NCBI RefSeq assembly: GCF_000150275.1
Contig: NW_002060970.1
Location: 22,197 to 86,196 of the forward strand
Source: Trichoplax adhaerens
Lineage: Eukaryota > Animalia > Placozoa
Length of the DNA stretch: 64,000 nt
Direction: 5' to 3'
Shown here: positions 13,101 to 25,800 of the stretch, one piece after another
How the letters are laid out: each line of letters begins with the position of its first letter
How positions within the stretch are numbered: the first letter of the stretch is position 1
The notes under the pieces: model-generated
Told to the model about the DNA's origin: nothing
Databases searched by the model: none
What the model saw: only the letters and a program-made list of their open reading frames with translations
Made by a program: the position numbers and the translations under genes

Positions 13101-16100
13101 GGTACACAATATCCTTTAAATAAAATGATATTTTAGGAGCTATTCTTTTTTTAGGCGGCCGAGTTGAAATAGTATCTGGAAAGTACGCCTTTCTAAATAA
13201 ACTACTTAATGATAACTCCAATCTACAGTAGGTTTCTTTTTCAGGGTAGCTTTAAATGGAATGATTAACACAGAATTAGATTATCGATAAGCGTGTAGCA
13301 TGGAATTTACTATTAGATATTACTGCTATAAAATAATGCTTAAAAACTCAGCCTCTCTATTGTTCTAAACTGCTAGAAAATCCCTTATGTCAGATATTGT
13401 CATTTGCAAAGTTAATCCTTTACCACCCATTGGCATCAGCGAATTTTTTACTTTTTCAACATCCAATCTTACTACTAAGGATAAAACTAACTCGGTAGGG
13501 TAAAGAAAAGCACTTTATCAGTCTTGCCTCTAAAGTTAATAGAAGAATTACTAAGATTAAAGTAATCGATTGATTTTGAATTTTGCGCAGATGGATTACA
13601 GTTATACTATTAAATGTGTCTACTGGAATATTGAGTCTAGGTGAGTTAAAATGACTTTTGGGAAGGCATTGCATAAATTCGGGAACTATTCTAATAGTAT
13701 CGTTAGTTTATCGGCAACTCTGAAATCTTACTTAAATTGAGCAGTCTTGCAGTGCTTGAGTTTTACAACCCTTTACGGTGAAAATATTATAAGCAAAATC
13801 AGCAAGAGTTATTTACAATATTGGGTAAAATCCGATCACGAAAATTTCAAAGTTGTAGAAAGTTAGAACTTTATTAGATCTAATACAAAGACTAGCTACA
13901 CACCGCTCTACTCTAGCCGAATACATCTACTGAATTACTTCTAGAAAGAATAATCAGATAATCTAATGTCTTGCTTTTATTTTCTCCATAGCCTTAGCAG
14001 CTACAATCTGTATAGCAGTATTCTACCATATTTTAAACATATTCACCTTATTATTAGTCACAATATTTTACTGCGAACCATCATTAATCCAATGTAAAAA
14101 TGATTACAGTATTTTTGCAGACATTATTATTCCTACTACTCAAATACATGATTTACAATTCTATTTCTACCTGTAACCTTATTATTAGCTCAACATCTTA
14201 CTGTATATCGTCCTCTGTACTCTAGCATGGAGTCTATCTTTACAGTCTATAATTATGGGCTACTAATTACATCATAAGATAAATGTAGAAAAAACACTAC
14301 CGTACATCATACTAAACATAGCTAATAGTCTACTTTCACAATAATAAGTTACTTTACAGATATACTGTACATTACAACATGTTAAATAAGCCTTATTCTC
14401 GAACTTGCCGTAAATATGATAGTAACATGCTACTCTAGATATTACAATGCCGTATTACATTTGATTGAAAGTAAAGTTTATAATATTTATAATGCCGGTC
14501 ATTTCAAGCAGCATTTCCCTCCTACCATATGAGATAGGCACTCCTTTCACCTATAGTAGCGATATCAGTATCTAATTTAAATGAGTAGAACTCCGAAACT
14601 ATCGATAATATGAATATAGAAATAGCTGTTAAAATTGAAAATAATTCTAATGGTATTAATAACGATTCTTCTTGTAAACTGTCATTACACGATCTGTTCT
14701 GTTGCATAGTTCTTGGTTGAGCGATGGCTGCAGGCTAGCATTGGCAAAGAAAGGGAACTACACTTGTGCATGCAATCATTTAACCCACTTTGCAATTTTA
14801 TTACAAGTTACGGAGGTAATTTTCCAATCGCTTACGTATTAAGCAACCCTTATTTTGAATTGAATACAGTACGTTGAGGTTATTTAAGCCAAAAGATACC
14901 TGCCTAAGGCATCATTTTTTATTGTTCCGGTTAATTGCAGATCGATATTCATAACGCAAGCTCGCTTTTACAAGAAATCAATTTGGTTGCGTATATAGGA
15001 TTAGGGATATCAATTGCTTCTATCGTCTTAACTTTGCTGATTTTTACATTATTAAGGTACCATGACGAAAAGCTAGTAGAATATATGTTTACGATTTTAA
15101 ATTATTTCGTAATCTTAAGTTATAATACAGAATTATGTTATTTTTGTATTTATCTACTACGAACAACAATCTGCTTCCAATTAAAATGCGGTATCGCTCA
15201 TAATCTTAATTTAATCGAGCTGTTATAATATTTTGTAGGCTAAATAGCGGAAGATTTACTATTCATAAAAACCTTTTACTAGCTATTTTGCTAAGTCAAA
15301 TATGCTTAGTTGCTAGTCCCAACGCCAATATAAATCCAGTAAGTATCGTCAATACGTATTTTACCTTATTTGTTCTATGTATATCTTAGCCAGGTGATCA
15401 TAGAATAACGTAAAAGCTTCCTAATTAAAGCGATATTATCCTCAAATTCGTACGCAGATATTTTGTAAGATTGCTGCGATTTGCCTGCATTTCTTTTGTT
15501 TCGCTTCGTTTTCATGGATGCTGGTAGAAGGCGTACATTTATATTTCATGATAATTGCGGTATTTAATCAGAAAACTAGAAGCCATTACTACTATATTGT
15601 TGGTTGGGGTAAGTTTAGTTTACCTAAGTTACTAGCTTATTAATGAAATCTAAGATTTATTATTGCCAATCGGAAAATTTATCATTCCGTTTTCGCAAAG
15701 TAATATAATTACTGCCTTTTATTTTTTATTTTTCATATGAAAGTCTCACTCTTGATATCGTTTACTGATGTAAATCGCACTTTTATATTTTTCGTATATT
15801 TTGTCACAGGAATGCCATTAGTTGTTGTAGGTTTCTCTGTATTAATAAGATTTGATGGCTATGGAGGTGATGAAAGGTAAGTATTCACGACACTTGGTGA
15901 ATTTTTAGCTGATTACCTAAGTTTTTTAATAGAGAGTAATTACAGATATAAAATGCGGTTGCATAGCCTTAATGAATGACTATAGCAGCATATTTAATGC
16001 AGCTGAGAATAATTTAATTTAATAAGATTACCTTTTGTAGATGTTGGCTGTCTACCAAAGATGGGCTAATTTGGGCCTTCGTGGGTCCTGTTATTGCTAT

Positions 16101-18408
16101 AATCTCAGTAAGTCATAATATCGGGAAAATTTTGTCCTTAAGCTACAGTAACGAGTAATAAAATAGTTTTACATCTAACGACTAGCAGATATTTGAAATG
16201 TCGTAATTAATATATATTGTAACGTGAAGTTGGTAAATAAGGCTTTTAGGTTACTTTCATAATTACCATAATACGGTACGCGCGCGTATATCAAATAGCA
16301 ACATCTGTAAAATTATAGTGTATTTAAATATATACTCTTAAAGTACGATTTATGGCCATTTTGGCGTTATGATGAACATTAGAATTCATACAAGTCATGA
16401 ATGTTTGGAAAGCAATCACAGATTATACGCCGCGACGTCAACTTTCATATTTATACTATAATACAAAACAAACTATTGTGATAGTTGATAGCATTCTTTT
16501 ATAATCGTACCACTGATAAATTTAATTCATTTTAGATTAACACCATTATCATGGTTGCAGTTATCAAGATTACAGTTACTTCTACTACTGTGCTTGTCTA
16601 TCAAAAAAATATAGAAAATTTTGCTGGAATTAAGTAAGAATATTTCTCTCACATTTCCTAATATCTAGTTATAGTTAGCATTGAAAGTTTTTATGAAATG
16701 CGTTGCATTATAGCATTAATTGTTTACTAGCACAAGCACTTCTATAATCGGTTAACATTTCTTCAGATTTAAAATTGCTTCTTTTCGCAATTATCATAAA
16801 CAACAGATCTATGGTTAAAGCGACAGCAATTCTTTGTCCACTGCTAGGATTGACATGGATATTAGGAATGATTCCTATCTCAGGAGCTACTATTGTTATG
16901 TCTTATGTTTATGTCATACTAAATTCAACTCAGGTAATTTGATAATATTTTTCTATTATCTTACAAAATATTCCTACAGGTAATTTTGCTTATAATTTGT
17001 ATAGAAGTTTTGTTTGACGGTAATCTACTGTAGATTAGTATCATTAACTAGAAGAAGAGTTTATTTCACCATTATAAATATAATAAATCGTATATATCAT
17101 AGCAACGATGGAATATCTCAGCTATCATTATAGAATGATATTGAAAAGAGCTAGATATAAACTAGTCCGGATACACCATAATGCTTTATTAATAAATCTA
17201 TTATATTAAAATGGTATTAGGGTTTATCCATTTTCGTTTTCCATTGCCTTTTTAATTCTGAGGTATTATAATGAATATTATTAACATTATTGCATTTCTT
17301 TTACTTAACTTACAATTATTTCGTTGTAAGCGATACTAAAGCTAAATTAAAGAATTTTTACTACATTCGATTACTGTTCACAGTATTTTTGAGTTGTAGT
17401 ATTAACAGTTATATAAGTAATCGTTAAGGTGTGAAAAGTACTCTTTTAATTTGATGTTCTATAAAGTATATTATAGTAAATCTTGGATTTAATACTTTCT
17501 TACTGTAGGTCCGCCAAGCATATCATCGCATGGTTAGCAAGAGACAAGCTACATCGATGACTGGAAAGGTATTAGCGTAGAGCGAAAACTGGATAACGCA
17601 GATATAGTCAATTATCTTTCGATATATAATTATTTTGTTTTCGCTTTAAAATAATTTATCTTGTTTTCATCGAAATATTTGATAATAATTATATGAAAAT
17701 TACTTTAGTCGCAAGCCGTAGGAACTACACGAGGTCCAGGTTTCCGCAGAAACTCAAAATGTAAGAGCAGTAAAACTTAAATTTTTGTTAATAGCAGATA
17801 CACTATACATATAATACTTCAATTCGAAAAATTGACGTATAATTTGTAATGATTTGTACCTCAACACATCTCAGAAAGAAAGTAAGAAAGAGTATTTTAA
17901 AGTTTTAAGTAAATCGTTTTTCATGGTAGATTATACTTTAGCTCGACTTCTACAGCATGCAGTTATTGTAAATATTCAGGTGTAGTATGCAAGTTTATTC
18001 CATTCCGCCTATGACATACGCGCAGAATAAATTTTCAGCTTCACTTATGTTTACTTGGCAATCTGTTATAAATGAGACGATTTTTTGAAACAAAACATAT
18101 AATTCTCGTTACTTTATCAAATAATAAAATAATCTTTTCCAAGAAATCATAATTCAAAGGAATTAAAATATTCCATTGCTATCAGGACTTCTCTACGTTT
18201 ACGAAAGTTGAAATCGATTCAATATATTGTATTAGGTTAATTGTCTATCATAAAGGAAAGAGCCTTTCCTAATTTAGCAATGGAAATAATTAGCATCTAG
18301 ATTTTGGAGATTCGCTAAATGTTAGTAATGCATTTTGTTTCTCGAATATTTCTAGATGCTGACGAATCCAGTGTTGAGGGACGATTTTCATCCGGACGTC
18401 AATCGTTG
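4181..18408 (+). CDS. Gene 1: adhesion GPCR with two C-type lectin domains, Ser/Thr stalk, GAIN/GPS and ADGRD(GPR133)-like 7TM; last exon unresolved
   Basis: Phase-consistent GT-AG exons: 4181-4234 (MALVHATVKFLLFIWAPM, signal peptide), 4437-4455, 4718-5131 (CTL1), 5937-5996, 8543-8959 (CTL2), 9424-9510, 11113-11824 (stalk, crosses an N gap). GAIN: 12044-12223, 12301-12360, 12599-12710, 12844-12969, 13155-13227, 13377-13494, 13591-13640 (CVYW), 14710-14815 (WLSDGC..CACNHLTHFAILLQV). 7TM: 14941-15056, 15239-15338, 15458-15608 (WMLVEGVHLY..GWG), 15810-15876, 16041-16107 (CWLS..WAFVGP), 16536-16633, 16807-16933, 17221-17262 (QGLSIFVFHCLFNSE). Tail: 17509-17568, 17709-17760, 18356-18408. The stop codon probably lies in or near the gap at 18545-18594. 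Confidence 0.88.
4718..5131 (+). CDS. Gene 1 C-type lectin domain 1 exon (phase 1-1)
   Basis: CDPGWLQFRDKC..ALKYC..YWLGLID..NWGLSNPG..C..WYDRSC..YYAICEK; tttag acceptor and gtaagt donor. Confidence 0.93.
5291..5726. repeat. Intronic direct repeat of about 125 bp (5291-5415 vs 5601-5726)
   Basis: tatttcattac.gca..atcattcta...aatgaaggagtttgtacatt is present twice. Confidence 0.8.
6427..7147 (+). mobile_element. Non-autonomous Helitron copy 2 (in a gene 1 intron)
   Basis: A|TCCCACCC...CGTCAGCAAAGCGACG-TGAGTTTGTA-CTAG|T. Confidence 0.88.
8543..8959 (+). CDS. Gene 1 C-type lectin domain 2 exon (phase 1-1)
   Basis: CDIGWTQYNDVC..YC..WCGLRD..KWSTFSPD..EC..WFDRTC..FICEK; atag acceptor and gtaaga donor. 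Confidence 0.93.
11256..11305. other. Assembly gap (50 N) in the gene 1 stalk
   Basis: N run. Confidence 1.
13591..14815 (+). CDS. Gene 1 GPS motif (exons 13591-13640 and 14710-14815)
   Basis: KCVYWNIESS|SWLSDGCRLALAKKGNYTCACNHL^THFAILLQVTE: canonical four Cys, two Trp and H-L-T cleavage triad. Confidence 0.93.
13822..14358 (-). mobile_element. Solo-LTR-like family B copy 2 (in the intron splitting the gene 1 GPS)
   Basis: Homology to B1 without the insertion; ends TG..TTACA; imperfect TSD AATAT/GATAT. Confidence 0.82.
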
Positions 18409-18544
18409 GTAAGTAATTTTAGTTTGTTCCGAGTAGAAACCCTAATCATTCTCCAACATTGATGATTAAGCTGAAGTTGAAGTACAAGCTGCAATTGTTT
18501 CAAAGCGATAATTTTGCTATTAAAATCACATAATTTTTATGCTT

Positions 18545-18594
18545 NNNNNNNNNNNNNNNNNNNNNNNNNNNNNNNNNNNNNNNNNNNNNNNNNN
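18545..18594. other. Assembly gap (50 N) near the 3' end of gene 1
   Basis: N run. Confidence 1.
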
Positions 18595-19246
18595 CTTCTC
18601 TGACAATAGCAGTATTAGATGGATTTTTGTTAAATATAGTTTGGATGGAGCAATTAAGGTATTTTGCTGCAGTATTTCACGAAGTATAATTAACGAAATA
18701 TCGTGTAATTTAAGTAAAATATAACTGTAGTTTCGATATGAAAACACATAAAAGTGCGATACATAAGGTACTCTAGATTATATTGTGGAGATTATGAGAA
18801 AAAAGTAGTTAGGTAGGTAAGGACAGCTACTGCACCAGGCTGCTTGTAAGTTTCAAGTAAGAACATATAAATAGTTTACGGAGAGTTTTTATCATACTGC
18901 TCCATTATTAAGGTCTTTTGAAATTGTTTACTCAAGCTAAAGATAATTTATTAGTTATGAATGGAGTACGATACCAGCCAGCTTAAGTGAAATCAGTAAA
19001 AGAAGCTTAAGACTATAAAGTTGCTGCTGTCTACCGAAAATTATAATATTTTCTTGTAAATGTAATATAGTCTATTCTTAGTAAAGTTAATTTCCACATA
19101 GACTGTGACATAACTCGTTATTTGTATAATCTATATTTAACTATTCCTACTATGGAAATCCCCTATACTCTAGTTTGATTGTATCGTAGAATTACCTTAA
19201 TATAGAATCAAGGTATTCTTATTAGTCATTCGTATTTTATAAATTA

Positions 19247-19842
19247 CTAGTATAAATTCACGTCGCTTTGCTGACGGTTTACGATAATGTACCCATTTAT
19301 TAATAATTAACAGATAGTATAACCATTCTACATTATTTATATCCCGGTAATAGCCAGGCACTACTATATTCACCGCTATGCTTGTAGAATACTACTTTTC
19401 AATAATGCATTCACGGATGAAATGCTATATTAAGATTAGTTCATGGTCCAAAGCACATTATGATAACTAATGTACGATGATGGACATACCAACTTAAGAT
19501 TAGCAGGTACAGTATTAAGATATCTACAGTGCGGTACAATGTCCTTACTACTGTGGTCAATTCTATACCAATCATTATAATGTGTCTAAGGATCGCTTGA
19601 GTATGCAAGCAAAGCTTGCTCTGTCGATAGCAACCGTTACAAGAAAATGTAACAATCAAAATGGCTGTGTAGAAAACTCTATTAAGATTCCATGTTTATT
19701 CAATTTTCATCAGAACATTACATGAAATCAAAACTTAAAGGCTTAGTGGCCACCCTTAGCGATATAACGAATACTATTTTATAAATCAGTACTCTACAGA
19801 AATAACTACCGTGCTGCTCGTTTAAAGGGTGGGTGAGTGCGA
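19247..19842 (-). mobile_element. Non-autonomous Helitron copy 3 (inverted, about 120-bp internal deletion)
   Basis: The reverse complement reads A|TCGCACTCACCC...hairpin...CTAG|T. Confidence 0.87.
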
Positions 19843-22833
19843 TTTCCACCTGCTATGCTTCTTACATTATATAAGCGATAATCTTGCATCTATCAAGTTA
19901 GTTAGTTACATGATAAGCTTGCACGCTTTATCTATTCTACATCACTATAGCTACTTGACTAGTCAGATCGCTGTATACGCTATAACCTCGCAGGATTTTC
20001 CTCTTGCTCTAATTCCAACAAAGTCTAATTCGATGTGTTAATTTAATTCTGGTAATTTATTGCGATTATTACGAATCTTAAACCTTCCGAAACATCATAA
20101 AAATGACTAGAATTCTGTGTGAAGCCGAGACCTATAGTATGATGTAACATTGAAATCATTGGCCTACTATCATTTGTATTTTACGCTATCTAAATCAGAA
20201 TTATAAAAGTAACATTAATTCTCTACAGCAAAGTCAGCAGAAAAATACTTTAGCCAGTGAATTTATTTTTCACTATATATGAATTTTTTTAATAAGCGTT
20301 CACGTTCTTACGGACAATTGACTATGTGCTATCAGGATCAGAATCATATTAAAACTAAGCAATATAGCTAACTTAGTCTTATGATTCATGTGGATCTAGT
20401 GCAAACAGTTGCATCAATATGTTTTATAAGTATATTCATATCAGTACTTAATTACCTAGATACATTCTTAAAGTTATTTTAAACAAATAAGATGTAAATT
20501 ACACTATTACCAAAAATATAAATTACGGCCATAATATTATTCAAAAGAATTTAATAAAGGTTATCAGCAGATAATCTTTCATTTTAACTGCATAAACCAG
20601 CTTTAAATATCAATAATTTCTGTAATTGGAATATAAGATTCAGCTGAGATAATCTCTAGGATAATAGACTCAGGCTAGCGGTAGCCAATATAAGACAATA
20701 GAAGTTAAAAATACTTCTAACGCATTTATAATGACGATTGTGGCAAAGAATACAGGAAAAATACCGGCAACTAACGATCATACACAACAATTGAAATCTA
20801 GAATAACCTGCCTTAATTAAAGTCATACCGTTTACTCTATATATAGAAAACTACACACTAAGTGAATAAATTGCTAATAAACTATTTAAAAATCTTTGAA
20901 TTAAAAATTTTTTAAGATAACAGAATTAAAATTATCTATTATTTTGATTTCTATATGAAATTCGTTTAATAAATCTCGCTCACTGGAAGTTACTATAGTC
21001 AACTATCATAAATTCACTGTTTGTGTAACTGGAAAAAAAGATTTCTATCGCAAATGTTAACATAAATTAAGTTTAACATGTGTCTTATTATACTTAGTCA
21101 AAAAAACAGAAATAACAAGAAAGCAAAACTGTGTGTATGCTGCTTAAATAATTTCGAGGAAGGAGGAAAAGGCAGAGTAGAACAAAGTATAATCAGCATG
21201 TATTAGTAACCTCCTACTCTTTTACAATAAACTGTCAGTATAATCGAGACAGATAAGAAATAAATTGTTAATAAATGTACTTAGCCATAAAAAATAATGA
21301 CCCTTATTGCTTTGCATTGTCAGATAATCTAAATTATCGTATAATGACAGATATTGTCCTCTGAAATGATTTGTTTACAAGTAAGAGTTTATATTTAAGA
21401 ATTGTTCCTAAGTAACATTATAAATATCCGGTGATTGATTTATTACAATTAGAGAAGTAACTGAGTCAAAATATAACTAAATTGTTATAAAATCAATAAA
21501 ATTGAATGGTTTTCATGAAAATAATTTATCCAACTTGATCTTTATTCATTATAAGCATAATTTTTTATATGAAATTATTGATAATAATCGAAAAAAATAT
21601 ATAGAATAAAATCAATTGATCAGTCTACTATTATTACTATTGTAATATCAATATTCAATCAAAGAGTAGATATTTTGTACAATCTATTATAGAACTTTAT
21701 GATTACACACATGAATATTCCTGAACTATACTGTAAGTGTCATCTATTATTGCAATCATAAATAATCCATATAGTTAATATTGCAAATATCATAGACAGA
21801 ATTCTTACCCATATGGGAATATTAATTAGTTTCATAGTATTTCTAGCACTTATCACTATCGTCATTTCATTTTAGATACGTAATTTTATGTTTTTCTCTA
21901 TTAAGCTATCTAAAACTGAAAATTTCAAGTCCATCAAAAATCATTTTGCATTTACACATATTTGGTCGGTCATTCAAGCCTACAGACATTAAGATTTGAA
22001 AATTGATCAGCATTTTCCTGGCACTGGTTCTGCCTTTAATCGGCCTTTACAAATGGTACTGTATTTAATGAAAATAAGTTGGAGGCTAACATACATTATA
22101 TCGGAAAAATGTTTATGCGTACGGTACACGTACATTATTAGTTTTACTTTGATAAGTACCAGCTTGTTTAGCTTATTATAATAATTTAGAAGAGCGAATG
22201 GAACAAGGAAACAGGAATTGCCTCGATATTTCTAGAATAGGCTACTTGCTAGCGGAGAGGTTGTGATTGGATTGAACAACTTTTCTGCTTCATAACTGAA
22301 TCAATAATTAGACTTTAGTACCATATATAATATTTCTATAAAATAATATTTTAACGTTTAGAGAATAAACTTTCAAGTACTGATAGTTAAGAATAAATTC
22401 ATAATTTCAAATTTTAAAGTAGGTAAATTCTTCTTTACGAAATTTATTTAATCAACAATTGAAGTAGTTGTGCGTTTACAAGCTAGTTAAAATGAGCATT
22501 ATAATTTTACAACTTGAAATAAAATACTTCTTAGAGCAATATACTTTGAATAAGTTTATTTATATTACACACTCTTGTTGAAGTTAAAGTATTTCGCTTT
22601 CTTTTTCTCAGGTTATCTGAATCTCCTTAAACTTATCTTGAGTTATCCAAGTAATGATATTTACAGACGATGCTAGCTTGGATGCTATAGTTGATCTATG
22701 GAACTTATGAAGAATTGTTCTGTTCAATAATATCATTAAATACGTAGCTACTTATAGTAGTACTACAGATTTATAATAAAACGCCATTTATTTATTCCTA
22801 ATACAAACATTCCATTGCAAAATTAATTTTTAA

Positions 22834-25800
22834 ATGGGAACATCATCGAACTACTTTATGGCAAAGGCAATCTACGGATTTATCATTACAGTAAGTTATC
22901 TTCCAAAACTTTAATTTTAATTAGGTTTGAGATCAGTCATTAACAATTATGAGCACTTACTTGATCTTATGTTTAAGTAATTTAGGAAAGCTTCTGTCAG
23001 ATTTTTATTTATGACTTTAAATTCAATTTGAATACAAAAAATGAGTCTTAATAGTCAATGATTTTGTAAATGTAGATTTGCTGGCCAATCTAATTCATAT
23101 ACATATTACATTTTCTTTAGTAATACTGCCTTGCAATATTGTAATTTAAGATCTAAAGTTCTTGCTTAAGCATGTTATGTAAAGATAATTTTCGTACAAT
23201 AGCATTCATGATAGAGAATTAATCGTTAACGGGTTACAAAAGCGTTATGGTTGACTTAAATACACGTGAATTTGCCAGTAAATAAATAAATTTTCGATAA
23301 CGACTTTTATGAATAGCAAAAGACACGATAGTGTGCCTAACTGTTCTACCTAGAGATCATTTAAATAAATTGTGCGAAATTTGAATAACATTTAGATACA
23401 AGTTCAGTAAACTACAATGTTATTAGTTTGCTATAAAGATGAAAGTGTTAGAGAAAGTTTTGAACATTAGATTACGTACATAATTTATTTATTTTTTCCA
23501 CTTGGATAAAATATTGCTTTGTTATACGGTAATAACACTTTATAAAGTTTATTTAGCTAGTAAATATCTATAAGTAGTAATAGCTTTAATTATGCAATAT
23601 TAATACAAACGTAAAAGCATTTAAAGGAATTAAGAATATAAAATTACGCGTCAGAATCAAGTGTAACTCACCATATTATATCGAAAAATTGCTCTTAATA
23701 CGGTGAAGCAATTGATCAATAATGAAGTAATATAATAACAAGCTGAAATGATATTTCCATTCTTTAAGACATCAAACAAAATTTTTAATCGGATAATCGA
23801 TAAAGCCTCTTACACAAACATAGAAACAAATGTTGCAAAATAGAAATACAAAATAATGCAATCGAGTATAATAATAGTTATAGAGTATACGTGTGACAGA
23901 TATACTATATAGTATACAAATGAAAATGTATTTATTGCATAAAGAATCGTTTGAATCCGAAATAAATCTAATGAACAGCAAGACATAGTAATAAAACTAT
24001 ATGAGAAAAATGATAAATTTAATGAACTGATAAGAAAATCATACGTATGTTTATGTTAATTTCGTTGACTTATATAATAGTATAAATATCTCAACCTAAT
24101 TGACATTCTATGCAAATACTGCCGTCGTATACACGAAAAGAAAGATATAAATGACGATATCTGTAAATACACAAGTCTTAGAGAATTTCCATAATTATAG
24201 TTCTTATGATGTACTATTATAATATAAAATGTGCCTAATTATATATCATTATTACGGAATCAATTAAAATGGACTTCAGAAGACATCGTATAGTTACGAA
24301 TCACGGGACAAATACGAAAATTACAAAATTAATGGTTGCAACTCAAGTATAAAATTTATATTTATATAAATTTTATGTTTATCATTTACAAGGCCAAATG
24401 TTGAGCTAGTTATAATAACGACATTGTTTGAAATTTCAATATTATGCAAGAGCATATCAAGGAAAATTCGTGACGCTGATGTCTAAATTACAGGCTAATA
24501 TTGATCACCACCGCATGGGCTTCGTAGAATATATTCATGTATAATTTTAAATGAGTTTAAATATGGAAGATGGTCTACAGTTAAAATAAAATGGATAAAT
24601 TACTGCGATAGTGATTGAAATCCATGCCTGTAATAGATGAATTTCTCTTGAAAAAGCCGTATAAGATCGTGCTTATACTCTCACATAAAACATATGAATT
24701 ATCAATCGAAATTCTTACTCATGAAGCTCTGCAACATCTAAAATTAAGTTAAGAAGCAGTCTTAATCTAAAAGTTATGTGCTTGAAGGGTATCTGGACTT
24801 AATATGAAAATCAAATTACTAGATGACAATAAATGATTGTATTCATTCCGTGTTAATTTCGACCCTAAGAATTTTTTCTTTTGCTTCAGTTCATTCTTTT
24901 AGAGAGTAATTTAAATGATTAATGCCGTTTTACATTTTGCCTTAATGATTACATTTGAAAAAAGTTATTTCTTTAATTTAGTTAAAAATGACCTGATAAA
25001 GTTACTTAATAACTGAAAATATAATTATTCGGAGTGATTTTATCATTGCCATAGGCGGTCAAGATAAGCCAGATTACTTAGCTTAATAATAAGAAAAATC
25101 CTTTTGAATGCCGGATGTTCCTAGTTAAAATCTATCTTTATCCTATTGTTAAGGAGCAATGAAAAAAGTAGAATCAGTAATTTTCTCTTTTACTGAGGAA
25201 TTCCTCTGATTCATGGAAAAATATGTTCATTAACAGAAAAGCTCATTTACATCATTCCTGATAAGCTCAAATTATGCATTTCATCCAAATCCATCTTTAA
25301 CTGTATTTTCAATGCCATTGGATATGTTACCGTAAATTTATCCACTACTAACTTATTTATTTCGAGCTATTAAATTTATACTTCTAATACTTAAATTACA
25401 TATTTTATCTTGCATTTGGTATACGAATACATTTATATTTAAAAGAGAAGGTCGGTAACTTTTTTGTAAATTGAAATAACTTGAAATTTCTAAAGAAGAA
25501 ATTCCGATTCTTTAACCGATTTTAGTTACACTTGAAAACTTAAGATATTTTATTGCAGTTATTTACAGCAGCAGGCCTTTGTAGTTTATTACATTTGAGG
25601 CATCTCCATCAATAAAAACGGTATCAATTAAGCTTACTATTTATGCACATGCATACACACAGTAAATCTTAATCTGTAATTTCTTGCATTATTTAATCTA
25701 TGATCAACAATAGCACGCTTCATTTTCCTGCCAACCAATAATATAATAAGAATTTCTGATATATTCAATAATAAGTAGTCGATTTTAACCACTTAGGCTA

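Noticed and set aside
17930-17980. Possible extra tail exon of gene 1
   Set aside because: Ambiguous donor; exon 17709-17760 joins 18356-18408 in frame without it.
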